Both the position numbers and the translations under genes were made by a program. From Escherichia coli (GTDB taxonomy: Bacteria; Pseudomonadota; Gammaproteobacteria; Enterobacterales; Enterobacteriaceae): a stretch of DNA of 64,000 nucleotides. Below, one piece after another: positions 21,766 to 32,908 of this stretch. Under the pieces are notes generated by a model that saw nothing but the letters and a program-made list of their open reading frames with translations, had not been told where the DNA came from and did not search any database. How positions within the stretch are numbered: the stretch's first letter is position 1; each line of letters opens with the position of its first letter. Location of the stretch: the NCBI RefSeq assembly GCF_013122565.1, contig NZ_CP053258.1, one strand, 5' to 3'.

Positions 21766-23834
21766 GTCAGCTTGATGACACCATCCTTGATGCGCTGACA
21801 CACGTCACTTTCCCAAAGGGGTTTGTGTCAGCAGAGCCAACACCAATTGTCACCGTTGAGGATGTTGATTACCCGATCTGGCACGTTGATGCGCTGGTCG
21901 TTGGTAGCGGCGCAGCAGGATTACGTGCGGCAGTTGAACTTAAACGCCGCCAGCAAAATGTGCTGATCGCTACCGCCGGGTTATATATGGGGACGTCGGC
22001 ATGTTCTGGTTCCGATAAACAGACACTGTTTACCGCCGCTACCGCGGGCAACGGCGACAACTTCACCAAACTGGCAGAGGCACTGGCGAGCGGTGGGGCG
22101 ATGGATCACGACACCGCTTATGTCGAAGCGGTAGGTTCTCTGCACACTCTAGGCGGGTTGCAATATCTTGGTCTGGAATTACCGGAAGATCGCTATGGCG
22201 CGATTCTTCGTTATCAAACCGACCATGACGAAGCTGGGCGTGCAACCTCGTGTGGGCCGCGTACCTCAAGGTTAATGGTGAAAGTGCTGTTGGAAGAAGT
22301 ACAGCGCCTCGCCATTCCAGTGTTGACCAGTGCAACAGTGATTAAACTGCTGCATCAGCGTGACGAAAACGGCGAAGACCGCGTGGCAGGGGCAATCCTC
22401 GCGACCGGTCATCGCGCCCATAACCCATGGGGGCTGGCAATTGTGACTGCGCCCAATGTGGTACTGGCAACGGGCGGACCGGGCGAGCTTTATCGCGACA
22501 GTGTTTATCCACATAAATGCTTCGGCTCGCTGGGGCTGGCGCTGGAGGAAGGTCTGACGCTAACCAATCTGACCGAAAGCCAGTTTGGTATAGGCACACC
22601 GCGCAGCACGTTTCCGTGGAATTTGTCCGGCACCTATGTGCAGGTGATCCCGTATATCTATTCCGTGGATGCTGAGGGTAACGAGTATAACTTCCTCGCG
22701 GATTACTATCGCACCACCCAAGAGCTGGCTTCAAACATCTTCCGTAAAGGCTATCAGTGGCCGTTCCACGCCACGCGGGTAATGGATTTTGGCTCCAGCT
22801 TGTTAGATATGGCGGTGGCGCAAGAACAGCAACATGGTCGTCTGGTGTTTATGGATTTCAATCGTAATCCTGAAGCGGTGCCTGGTGATCTACCCTTCTC
22901 ATTAGATCGACTGGACGACGACGTTCGCGCGTATCTGGAAAATAACGACGCTCTGGCACCATCGCCCATCGAACGGCTGCAACGAATGAATCCGCTGTCT
23001 ATCTCGCTGTATAAGATGCACGGTTACGATCTCACCACGCAGCCATTGCAGTTTGCCATGAATAATCAGCACATGAATGGCGGCATTGAAGTGGATATCT
23101 GGGGACAAACATCCCTGCCCGGTTGTTTTGCAGTGGGAGAAGTAGCCGGTACTCACGGCGTTACCCGACCTGGCGGCGCGGCGCTGAATGCCGGACAGGT
23201 TTTTGCCGTGCGTCTGGCGCGCTTTATTGGTTGCACACAAAAGCGGTCTGTTGAGGAGGATGTCGCGCAGCTGGTAGCCTCATCTCTGCATATAGTCAGA
23301 GAAGTTATCGCTCAGGCACTGGCAAACGAGAACGGAATGGCGCTGGTAACGGTGAAAGAAAAAATCCAGGCGCGAATGTCTGATTACGCTGGATTTATTT
23401 GTCATGCCGATAAAGTTCGTCACGCCACCCGTGACGCCCTGCTGTTAAGTGAGTTTGTACAACAACACGGTTTGACCATCAAACATGTTGGCGAAATTGC
23501 CGAACTATTTATGTGGCGGCATATGGCACTGACTTCTGCCGCCATATTGACACAATTGACGCATTATATTGACGCAGGTGGCGGCAGTCGTGGGGCGCGG
23601 ATAATTATTGATCACTATGGGGAAGGTCTACCACAAACTCGACAGGGTGCAAAAGAAAAATGGCGTTTTAGATTGGAGTCTGAAAATGAAAGAGAATCAC
23701 GAGCAACGATTCAGCTTAACAATGGAGAATTTATAATAAATAAAAACAAGATACGTCAAATAATCAATTTCAAAAATAATTATTTTGAAAAAAATTGGCC
23801 GGAGTTTCTCCTTGGAGAAATCTATATAAAATAA
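21762..23834 (+). CDS. FAD-dependent oxidoreductase (fumarate reductase/succinate dehydrogenase flavoprotein-like), with unusual AT-rich C-terminal extension
   Basis: N-terminal dinucleotide-binding motif VVGSGAAGLRAA; 690 aa; ATGA start/stop overlap with upstream CoA-transferase. Confidence 0.8.
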   Translation: MSQLDDTILDALTHVTFPKGFVSAEPTPIVTVEDVDYPIWHVDALVVGSGAAGLRAAVELKRRQQNVLIATAGLYMGTSACSGSDKQTLFTAATAGNGDNFTKLAEALASGGAMDHDTAYVEAVGSLHTLGGLQYLGLELPEDRYGAILRYQTDHDEAGRATSCGPRTSRLMVKVLLEEVQRLAIPVLTSATVIKLLHQRDENGEDRVAGAILATGHRAHNPWGLAIVTAPNVVLATGGPGELYRDSVYPHKCFGSLGLALEEGLTLTNLTESQFGIGTPRSTFPWNLSGTYVQVIPYIYSVDAEGNEYNFLADYYRTTQELASNIFRKGYQWPFHATRVMDFGSSLLDMAVAQEQQHGRLVFMDFNRNPEAVPGDLPFSLDRLDDDVRAYLENNDALAPSPIERLQRMNPLSISLYKMHGYDLTTQPLQFAMNNQHMNGGIEVDIWGQTSLPGCFAVGEVAGTHGVTRPGGAALNAGQVFAVRLARFIGCTQKRSVEEDVAQLVASSLHIVREVIAQALANENGMALVTVKEKIQARMSDYAGFICHADKVRHATRDALLLSEFVQQHGLTIKHVGEIAELFMWRHMALTSAAILTQLTHYIDAGGGSRGARIIIDHYGEGLPQTRQGAKEKWRFRLESENERESRATIQLNNGEFIINKNKIRQIINFKNNYFEKNWPEFLLGEIYIK

Positions 23835-23937
23835 ACGCCTTTTAAATCGGTAGCTATTAAATAAATATTTTATGATTTGCAAAATTCACGCTTTTACATT
23901 GTGAGTATTTTCTATTGATAATATCAAAGGTTTAATC

Positions 23938-25218
23938 ATGAAAAAAATCAAGCACTATAGGTGGCATATTATCGTCTTAATATGTTTCATCACTGTAATT
24001 AATTATTTGGACAGAACAGCATTAGGCGTGGCCGCGCCCACAATAATGCAAACGATGGGGATAACTAAAGAGCAATATTCATGGGTTGTCAGTGCATTCC
24101 AGTTAGCATATACAATTGGACAACCTGTAATGGGATTCTTTATTGACCTTATCGGTCTGAAATTTAGCTTTTTCATTTGCATTATAATCTGGGGACTTGC
24201 CACTATGGGGCACGCATTAGCGGGATCCTGGCAAGGTTTGGCCTTTATGCGTGGCCTGATGGGAGTAAGTGAAGCCTCCGTCTTTCCCGCAGGGATAAAG
24301 ACTGTATCGACGTGGTTTCCTGCTAAAGAACGCGGTATTGCTGCGGGATTCTTCAACACGGGTACATCTCTTGGTGCCATGCTTGCTCCACCGCTTATTG
24401 CCTGGTGCATAATGTTCCATAGTTGGCAATTCGCATTTCTGGTTTCTGGCTGTCTGGCATTATTTGCGGCAGTGATGTGGTTTATCTTTTATAAAGACCC
24501 CAAAGATGCCAAAGGACTTTCTGAAGAGGAAAGACACTATATAGAGTCTGGGCAAGAAAAACATCTTGATTCTAATAAAAGTAAAAAAGCAACCATTCTT
24601 CATGTTATTAAAAAACGCAATTTCTGGGGTATTGGCATTACCCGTTTCCTGGCAGAACCAGCTTGGGGAACAATCAACTTTTGGGTACCTATATTTTTCG
24701 TTGAAACATTGCATTTCAGCTTAAAAGATATAGCAATGTTTATCTGGCTCCCGTTTTTATTAGGTGACTTGGGTTGTTTATCTAGTGGTTTTATCGCTAA
24801 GTTTTTTCACGATCGCGGGGTTAGCCTTCTTAATGCACGAAGAATTACATTTACATTCGCTGCAACAACGATGATGTCGATTGGTTTGGTTAGCATCGTC
24901 ACTAATCCGTACATTGCTGTATTACTAATTAGTATCGGTGCATTCTCACATCAATGCCTATCTACTGTTGTTGCCACTATGGGGGCCGATCTTTTTGAAA
25001 AAGAAGAAGTCGCAACAGTAGTTGGATTATCGGGAGGGTGTGGATATACAGGGCAACTGATATTTAATATATTCATTGGTGTATTCGTTGCTGCAATTGG
25101 CTTCTCGACATTCTTTGTGATACTTGCCTTCCTGGATATTATTGGTGCCATTATTTTATGGTCTGTAATTAGACCACCGAAACTTGTTGAACAAACAAAT
25201 TTAGTAACACAATCGTAG
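23938..25218 (+). CDS. MFS transporter, anion:cation symporter (ACS)-like, probable organic-acid permease
   Basis: 426 aa, 12-TM pattern, N-terminal YLDRTALGVAAP motif. Confidence 0.85.
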   Translation: MKKIKHYRWHIIVLICFITVINYLDRTALGVAAPTIMQTMGITKEQYSWVVSAFQLAYTIGQPVMGFFIDLIGLKFSFFICIIIWGLATMGHALAGSWQGLAFMRGLMGVSEASVFPAGIKTVSTWFPAKERGIAAGFFNTGTSLGAMLAPPLIAWCIMFHSWQFAFLVSGCLALFAAVMWFIFYKDPKDAKGLSEEERHYIESGQEKHLDSNKSKKATILHVIKKRNFWGIGITRFLAEPAWGTINFWVPIFFVETLHFSLKDIAMFIWLPFLLGDLGCLSSGFIAKFFHDRGVSLLNARRITFTFAATTMMSIGLVSIVTNPYIAVLLISIGAFSHQCLSTVVATMGADLFEKEEVATVVGLSGGCGYTGQLIFNIFIGVFVAAIGFSTFFVILAFLDIIGAIILWSVIRPPKLVEQTNLVTQS

Positions 25219-25269
25219 TTTTTATTTTTACCTATAGAATTTTAATCGAAAAAAAATAAAGGAAAGATT

Positions 25270-25749
25270 ATGTCTCAAACAGAAATTATTCTTCCTTCAG
25301 GAAGAGAACTTACTCCAGGTGAATATGGTTATGCCAATCTGGAACCTGGCGATCACTACCAGACTCCCGGTCTTAACGTAACAGAGTCACAGATTGTTGC
25401 TTTTGCGGGGATAAGCGGTGATTTTTTCGATGTTCATATGGATGATGAATTTGCAAGGGAAAAAGGATTTCCAGGACGCATTGCCCACGGTCTGTTAGGT
25501 TTAGCATTGACGGACGGCCTGAAGAATCGTTCTATTGTACGTTTACGTGCAGTTGCTACATTAAACTGGAACTGGTCATTCTGTGCACCATTATTGCCTG
25601 GAGATCATATTCACGCCGTTATTACTGTTGTTAAAAAACGCCCCACCAAACGTGAAGACCGAGGCATTGTGACTTTTGCTTTACAATTGTTTAATCAACA
25701 TGGAAAGATAATACAGCGAGGCGAAACTCTGCTGATGATGATGCAATAA
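25270..25749 (+). CDS. MaoC-like (hot-dog fold) dehydratase / enoyl-CoA hydratase
   Basis: 159 aa; GRIAHGLLGLALTDGL hot-dog motif; AGGAAA RBS. Confidence 0.8.
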   Translation: MSQTEIILPSGRELTPGEYGYANLEPGDHYQTPGLNVTESQIVAFAGISGDFFDVHMDDEFAREKGFPGRIAHGLLGLALTDGLKNRSIVRLRAVATLNWNWSFCAPLLPGDHIHAVITVVKKRPTKREDRGIVTFALQLFNQHGKIIQRGETLLMMMQ

Positions 25750-25760
25750 TCTGAGTTTGA

Positions 25761-25797
25761 AATACGTACCAACGAGTATGCTGGTACGTATTTCTTC
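25761..25797. terminator. Intrinsic terminator between convergent catabolic operon and HipA-like gene
   Basis: 10-bp perfect stem aatacgtacc/ggtacgtatt, 12-nt loop, followed by tttcttc. Confidence 0.65.
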
Positions 25798-25868
25798 GCA
25801 AACGCACTGTTTATGCTCTCTCCCTCATAATGACTGTTTCATCTAACTAATATTTCTAAATAACTGTC

Positions 25869-27137
25869 CTAAATTGACGACCTGAATGCCTCTGCCATTA
25901 ACTCTTGCTCACGATCAGGTAATCTAAGACGCTCGGCAATAGTTTGCCACTGACTGACAATCCCTCTAAAATTAGCAATAATGTCATCAGCTTCCGTCAA
26001 ACTAAGTCGAAAATACTCTGCAACTTCTCTAGCTAATTCCAAATCAAGTGCATTATCATTTTCCGTAATATTAAGCTTTAAACCGTCAGATCTGGAAACA
26101 GGATTCAAATCATATGCTTCAGAAAGCCGCCAACCTTTTCCCGGTATCAAGATATATCCATGATTACGTAAATGATCATCGGTATTAGAAACAAGAATAT
26201 TAAAAACAATTCTGGACCAGAGTTCTTTAAGGTCAGTATTGGTCTGCGCTCCGTGCCTGATAAGAACATCTGCTAATTCCAGATAACTTACACCTGTAGA
26301 GGCATCTTCACCATCCTGATGTCTGGTTAGTGTCATAGCCGAAGCAAAATGCAGACGCCTTCCCGCATTAGTGCGGTCAAAACGACGAACCATAAAACAA
26401 TGGTAATTGCTGGCAAATTTATGCGCCTGAGCAGGTGCAACATTCAGTCCACAGCCAACAGCAAGCGCATTAACGACCATTTCCCATCCACCAACATCAT
26501 ACTCATCTTTTGCACTGGGAAATTTAGCGATGTAAAGATGTCCGGCTTCATCAACCACACTGGCTTTTGGACGTGCACCCCCTAATGATCCCCCCGGAGC
26601 GATTAGCATTCTTAACCATTTTTGCCCCATGAGTTCTTTATTATCAGGATCTTCTTCAATTGCCCGGCTAGCCCTTTCCAGACTCGCTATTTCGGTAAAT
26701 GGTGGGGCTGCAACATTAATGCGGTTATCAAGAAACTCTCCAGCGTCTTCACGTTTGTATCGAAGAGCCCCAACCCGATAAAGATCATGAACACCTAATA
26801 GATAGTCAGACTCATAAAGGTGGGAGTCTTTATCAAATAACCCATCTCGAATATCCCTCTCAAAACGACGCTTCATTAGCATACGCCCCCAACGATCCGG
26901 GCAGGAATCACTAAACGCACCAAATTTATCCTTTGGAGGAATTGGGTACTGTGCTCCCTCATACAACATTATTTCAGGATCTAACTGAATGAAATTAAGT
27001 GCACGATCTGCAAGCGCCTTTTTATCGTACTCAAACTCAAATATCTCACGCGCCCGAGTGCGACGACTGTGTAAATAACCAATACGCGCAGGACCATCCA
27101 GGCCTTCCCAATCCGCATACACTCCGATTAATGCCAT
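25869..27137 (-). CDS. HipA-family serine/threonine kinase (type II toxin-like)
   Basis: 422 aa; P-loop-like GGSLGGARPK and catalytic NTDDHLRNHG motifs in HipA order; AAGGA RBS. Confidence 0.8.
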   Translation of the reverse strand: MALIGVYADWEGLDGPARIGYLHSRRTRAREIFEFEYDKKALADRALNFIQLDPEIMLYEGAQYPIPPKDKFGAFSDSCPDRWGRMLMKRRFERDIRDGLFDKDSHLYESDYLLGVHDLYRVGALRYKREDAGEFLDNRINVAAPPFTEIASLERASRAIEEDPDNKELMGQKWLRMLIAPGGSLGGARPKASVVDEAGHLYIAKFPSAKDEYDVGGWEMVVNALAVGCGLNVAPAQAHKFASNYHCFMVRRFDRTNAGRRLHFASAMTLTRHQDGEDASTGVSYLELADVLIRHGAQTNTDLKELWSRIVFNILVSNTDDHLRNHGYILIPGKGWRLSEAYDLNPVSRSDGLKLNITENDNALDLELAREVAEYFRLSLTEADDIIANFRGIVSQWQTIAERLRLPDREQELMAEAFRSSI

Positions 27138-27150
27138 AATTAATTTCCTT

Positions 27151-27642
27151 TTATCGGTTTTTTATCGGTTTTTTTATCGGTTGTAATAGTGCAGCAAGAG
27201 AGGTTGACGTTTCCCCTGGAATAGTTGGCGTTGAGTCTTTTGCCAGTGCTGTTAAATCCGTGGTGAGATGACCTTCTTTCTCGCGTTTCGTCTGAAATGA
27301 GGCTGTCTGAATCCCTTCTTCATTCTTAACTGATGAACGAGAAAGCCCTCTTTTTTTAATCAAACGGGAATCCTGGAGCTGATGCCCTAAGGCGTCTTCA
27401 GCTGCAAGCTTATTTAAATCCGTTTCCAGGCCCAAAACCTGCATCACAGACAAATATGCCCCTATCGTGACCCCTGCACTTCCTGCCTCCAGAGAACGCA
27501 ATGTGATTGGCGACATCCCTGCACGCTCAGCAACTTGCTTTGCGGTTAGCTTACGTCGTAAACGAGCAAGTTTCAGACGCTCACCAAATTCACTAAGCAT
27601 CTGATTCGTATAAGGGAGTAACGGTGCTGTTTTTTTACCCAT
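27151..27642 (-). CDS. XRE-family HTH protein (HipB-like putative antitoxin) with long low-complexity C-terminal tail
   Basis: 163 aa; HTH ~residues 16-75 ([23 protein letters not shown]); 13 bp upstream of kinase gene on same strand. Confidence 0.75.
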   Translation of the reverse strand: MGKKTAPLLPYTNQMLSEFGERLKLARLRRKLTAKQVAERAGMSPITLRSLEAGSAGVTIGAYLSVMQVLGLETDLNKLAAEDALGHQLQDSRLIKKRGLSRSSVKNEEGIQTASFQTKREKEGHLTTDLTALAKDSTPTIPGETSTSLAALLQPIKKPIKNR

Positions 27643-27663
27643 AGTGATAATATTTTATCTTTT

Positions 27664-27682
27664 TATGGCTATGATAGCCATA
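27664..27682. promoter_or_regulatory. Palindromic candidate operator upstream of the HTH/kinase operon
   Basis: tatggctat-g-atagccata, 9-bp perfect inverted arms, ~22 bp upstream of HTH start codon. Confidence 0.55.
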
Positions 27683-28000
27683 ATATTAGCATTTATTAGA
27701 TTGAACGCACCTGCAAAGCGTTCAGAATTATGGAAGAGATAATATCTTATCTTTTTATATATAAAAACAATAAAATAACAGCACATTAATATATAACTTA
27801 TTGTTTTTATTATCTTACAAGGGAGACACTCGCTGTATTGATGCTTTTGTCGTGTTTTATGTGTAAAAAACATGACACGAACTACCAGCGGCGAGACTGG
27901 GGGCTGGGGGCCTGGTATGGGTACTGCGAACTTTTTATAAAAGGAATAGCAAGAGATTTATGGAGGGAACGTCTATTTCTGCGGTTTTTATCACTTAAAA

Positions 28001-28030
28001 GCAAAACGCCGACCAATGGTCGGCGTTTTT
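28001..28030. terminator. Intrinsic terminator downstream of rplI (rpsF operon)
   Basis: Stem aacgccgacc/ggtcggcgtt with 4-nt loop, flanked by A-run and T-run (bidirectional capable). Confidence 0.8.
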
Positions 28031-28050
28031 ACGTCTCGTTGAATAACGAA

Positions 28051-28512
<462 letters not shown>

Positions 28513-28541
28513 TCAAAGTCGTATTAATGGACCGTGACCGA

Positions 28542-29088
<547 letters not shown>

Positions 29089-29094
29089 CAGAAA

Positions 29095-29508
<414 letters not shown>

Positions 29509-29816
29509 TTATTCAGCCTCCTGTCTGGGTCAGCCGAATCCCGGGGAGGCAAGGAACGTGTTAAAGGTCGGCTGAAAAATGACGCGTTATAGTACTGACA
29601 TACCCCGCTAAACTCAAGGGCAGAGCCGAAATAAATCTCCCCTTTCGCAAATAACCTCTAAACCGCTGATTTGGAGTTCATCACACTTCATCATGGTGTT
29701 TTTTCGAACAACTGCATCAGAAATGGTCACCATCAACTTCTTTATCATTGATTAAAATTAAATCAGAAGATCATCACAGAGGAGAGCACACAAAGTCAGC
29801 CGTCGAGGAGGTATCT

Positions 29817-30092
29817 ATGTTCAGTCGAGTTTTAGCCCTTCTGGCTGTGCTTTTGCTAAGTGCAAATACATGGGCAGCCATTGAAATTAATAACCACCAG
29901 GCTAGAAATATGGACGATGTGCAAAGCTTAGGCGTGATTTATATCAATCATAATTTCGCCACTGAAAGTGAAGCACGTCAGGCATTAAATGAAGAAACAG
30001 ATGCGCAGGGCGCAACGTACTACCACGTAATTCTGATGCGGGAACCGGGGAGTAACGGCAATATGCACGCCAGCGCGGATATTTATCGCTAG
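29817..30092 (+). CDS. yjfY: DUF1471-family periplasmic small protein YjfY
   Basis: 91 aa from MFSRVLALLAVLLLSANTWA signal peptide; GAGGAGG RBS. Confidence 0.85.
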   Translation: MFSRVLALLAVLLLSANTWAAIEINNHQARNMDDVQSLGVIYINHNFATESEARQALNEETDAQGATYYHVILMREPGSNGNMHASADIYR

Positions 30093-30132
30093 CACCAGGT
30101 ATAACCAACGAAACATTGCCATAGTTTGCTTT

Positions 30133-30157
30133 GCCCCCTTCGCAGGGGGCTTTTTTT
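30133..30157 (+). terminator. Intrinsic terminator after yjfY
   Basis: gcccccttcgcagggggc hairpin followed by ttttttt. Confidence 0.85.
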
Positions 30158-30220
30158 GAAAAACGGCTGCGGAATTAGACCAGTTATCTCCCGAGGAAGG
30201 AAATTTCCGCAGCGCGTGTT

Positions 30221-30907
30221 TTACTTCTGCCCGTAATAAGCGTTAGGACCGTGTTTACGCATGAAGTGTTTATTCATCAGGAAGCTGTCGATGTGATTGA
30301 GTTGTGGGTTAATACTGCGCGCAATCCACGCCATTTTCGCCACTTCTTCCATCACCACCGCGTTATGCACCGCATCGTGGGCATCTTTCCCCCAGGCGAA
30401 CGGTCCGTGCTGATACACCACAATTCCCGGCGTATGCAGCGGCTCGGCGTTGCCCAGCGTTTCGATAATCACTTTGCCAGTGTTCAGTTCATACTCGCCC
30501 TGCACCTCTTCTTCGCTTAACCCGCGCGTACACGGGATGTCGCCAAAGAAGTAGTCGGCGTGCGTGGTGCCTAACGCCGGGATCGCCAGCCCCGCCTGCG
30601 CCCATGCGGTGGCATGAGTGGAGTGGGTATGGACAATGCCGCCAAGCGACGAGTAACGACGGTAGAGTTCAAGATGCGTTGCGATGTCGGAAGACGGACG
30701 ATATTCCCCTTCCACTACCTTGCCGCTCATATCAACTACCACCATATCGTCTGCTTTCATGGTTTCATAGGCGACACCGCTGGGCTTGATCACCACCAGC
30801 CCGCGTTCGCGGTCAATGGCACTAACGTTACCCCAGGTAAAGGTCACCAGCCCATAGCGCGGCAGATCCATGTTGGCTTCAAACACCTGCTGTTTCAGGT
30901 TTTGCAT
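30221..30907 (-). CDS. ulaF: L-ribulose-5-phosphate 4-epimerase UlaF
   Basis: 228 aa class II aldolase/adducin family; last gene of ula operon; 1-nt overlap with ulaE. Confidence 0.92.
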   Translation of the reverse strand: MQNLKQQVFEANMDLPRYGLVTFTWGNVSAIDRERGLVVIKPSGVAYETMKADDMVVVDMSGKVVEGEYRPSSDIATHLELYRRYSSLGGIVHTHSTHATAWAQAGLAIPALGTTHADYFFGDIPCTRGLSEEEVQGEYELNTGKVIIETLGNAEPLHTPGIVVYQHGPFAWGKDAHDAVHNAVVMEEVAKMAWIARSINPQLNHIDSFLMNKHFMRKHGPNAYYGQK

Positions 30908-31761
30908 TATGCCGCCTCCACCATGCCTGCTTTAACCATGCGCGCTTTCACCCAATCGCGCGCTTTCGCCACTTCTGCCGCCGGGTCTTCCGCCGTTTCG
31001 CTCCACATCTCAATCAGGTACGGCCCGCAATAGCCACTCTGTTTGAGCGTTTCGAAGCAACGTTCGAAATCCACTACGCCTTCACCAAACGGCACGTTTT
31101 TAAAGACGCCCGGTTTAGTGTCTTTCACATGCACCGCAACGATATGCCCGATTCCGGCCTGCAATTCCATCTGCACGTCGTTATCCCACGCCGACAGGTT
31201 GCCAATGTCCGGATAAAGCTGGAACCACGGATTGTTGAGATAGTGCGCGTAGCCCAGCGCCTTGCTGATGGAGTTCATCAACGGGTAATCCATGATCTCC
31301 ATCGCCAGCGTCACCTGCGCGCGGCTTGCCATCTCAACGCTCTCTTTCAGCCCGTCACGGAAACGACGACGCGTTTCGTTATTGGCTTCCTGATAGTAAA
31401 CGTCATAACCCGCCAGTTGGATCACGCGAATGCCGACATCCTGGGCGAACTGGATAGCTTTACGCATAATCTCCAGCCCCTGCGCCCGCACTGCGTCATC
31501 TTCGCTGCCCAGCGGGAAACGACGATGGGCAGAAAGGCACATGGACGGCACACGCACGCCGGTTTCAACAATCGCGTTGACCAGCGCCAGACGCTGCTCG
31601 CGACTCCAGTCGAGGCGCGAAAGGCGCTCGTCCGTTTCATCTACCGACATCTCGACAAAATCGAAACCTAACGTTTTTGCCAGTTGCAGCCGTTCCAGCC
31701 AGCACTCCCCGGCGGGGAGCGCTTTTTCATAGATACCAAGCGGGATTTGTTTGGACAACAT
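30907..31761 (-). CDS. ulaE: L-ribulose-5-phosphate 3-epimerase UlaE
   Basis: 284 aa xylose isomerase-like TIM barrel; operon position. Confidence 0.92.
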   Translation of the reverse strand: MLSKQIPLGIYEKALPAGECWLERLQLAKTLGFDFVEMSVDETDERLSRLDWSREQRLALVNAIVETGVRVPSMCLSAHRRFPLGSEDDAVRAQGLEIMRKAIQFAQDVGIRVIQLAGYDVYYQEANNETRRRFRDGLKESVEMASRAQVTLAMEIMDYPLMNSISKALGYAHYLNNPWFQLYPDIGNLSAWDNDVQMELQAGIGHIVAVHVKDTKPGVFKNVPFGEGVVDFERCFETLKQSGYCGPYLIEMWSETAEDPAAEVAKARDWVKARMVKAGMVEAA

Positions 31762-31770
31762 ATCCGCTCC

Positions 31771-32421
31771 TTAGCCCCACAGTTCGGCGATGGAACGTTT
31801 GAACTGACGTGCGGCTTCCACCGGAGAAGCGGCATCACGGATACTACGGCCCGCGATAAAGACGTGAATCGGAATGCCTTTGAACAGCGGCAGATCTTCC
31901 AGCGCCAGGCCACCAGTGACGGTTACTTTGAAGCCCATATCGGAAAGACGTTTGATCGCGGTAATGTCCGCTTCGCCCCACGCTACGCCTGCGGCCTGTG
32001 CGTCACGGCTGCGGTGATAAACCACCTGCTGAATGCCTGCGTCGCGCCACTGTTGCGCCTGTTCCCAGGTCCAGTAACCGGTCAGTTCGATCTGCACGTC
32101 GCCGTTAAACTCTTTTGCCACGTCCAGAGCGCCTTTGGCGGTGTTGATATCCGCACAGCAAATTACCGTCACCCAGTCAGCGTTGGCTTCGAAGCACATA
32201 CGAGAGAGGATTTTGCCCGCATCGGCAATTTTGGCATCTGCCAGCACGATTTTGTGCGGGTAAAGCGCTTTCAGGTCACGAACCGCACGCACGCCTTCGC
32301 CCACACACAGAATGGTGCCCACTTCGATAATGTCGACTTCTTCGGCAATCAGGCGAGTGGTTTCGTAGGCGCTGTCCATAGTCTGGTTGTCCAGCGCGAC
32401 TTGCAACATGGGTAATGACAT
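31771..32421 (-). CDS. ulaD: 3-keto-L-gulonate-6-phosphate decarboxylase UlaD
   Basis: 216 aa from [36 protein letters not shown]; AAGGA RBS. Confidence 0.92.
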   Translation of the reverse strand: MSLPMLQVALDNQTMDSAYETTRLIAEEVDIIEVGTILCVGEGVRAVRDLKALYPHKIVLADAKIADAGKILSRMCFEANADWVTVICCADINTAKGALDVAKEFNGDVQIELTGYWTWEQAQQWRDAGIQQVVYHRSRDAQAAGVAWGEADITAIKRLSDMGFKVTVTGGLALEDLPLFKGIPIHVFIAGRSIRDAASPVEAARQFKRSIAELWG

Positions 32422-32434
32422 CTTCAATTCCTTC

Positions 32435-32899
32435 TTAAGCTGCCGCGTTGGTGCGGTCAATGAGATCCAGTACTTCCTGCTCGGTACGGCAGGCACGTAA
32501 ACGGTCGAAATTCTCTTCATCTTCAAACAGGTTGACGATCTGCATGATGCCCACTTCCTGGTGAGTGTTGGCATCGACCGCCGCCATGGTGATGAGGATA
32601 TCCACCGGGTCGTTATCTTCGTGGTTAAACACCAGAGGCTTTTTCAGCGTCACCAGCGCAAAACCGGTTTTCTTAACACCCTCTTCCGGCCGCCCGTGCG
32701 GCATCGCCAGCCCCGGAGCGATAACGAAATAAGGGCCAAACTGTTCCACGCCATCCAGAATCGCCTGGTAATAGCGCGGCTCGACAACGTCCGCCGCCAC
32801 CAGCAGATCGACGCCGATTTTCACCGCGTCCTGCCAGGTTTCAGCTTCAGCCTGCAGGCGGATGGATTTATTTTCAGCCAGCGAATCACGTAATTTCAT
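32435..32899 (-). CDS. ulaC: Ascorbate-specific PTS EIIA component UlaC
   Basis: 154 aa PTS EIIA (mannitol/fructose-type) fold; operon position. Confidence 0.92.
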   Translation of the reverse strand: MKLRDSLAENKSIRLQAEAETWQDAVKIGVDLLVAADVVEPRYYQAILDGVEQFGPYFVIAPGLAMPHGRPEEGVKKTGFALVTLKKPLVFNHEDNDPVDILITMAAVDANTHQEVGIMQIVNLFEDEENFDRLRACRTEQEVLDLIDRTNAAA

Positions 32900-32908
32900 G
32901 GCGCGTCC

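Noticed and set aside
17417-28000. Prophage or integrative mobile element call for the AT-rich island
   Set aside because: No integrase, transposase, tRNA target, IS element or clear flanking direct repeats seen; recorded as an accessory island of unknown insertion mechanism instead.
31684-32415. 243-aa plus-strand ORF
   Set aside because: Antisense within ulaD/ulaE; no RBS; spurious.
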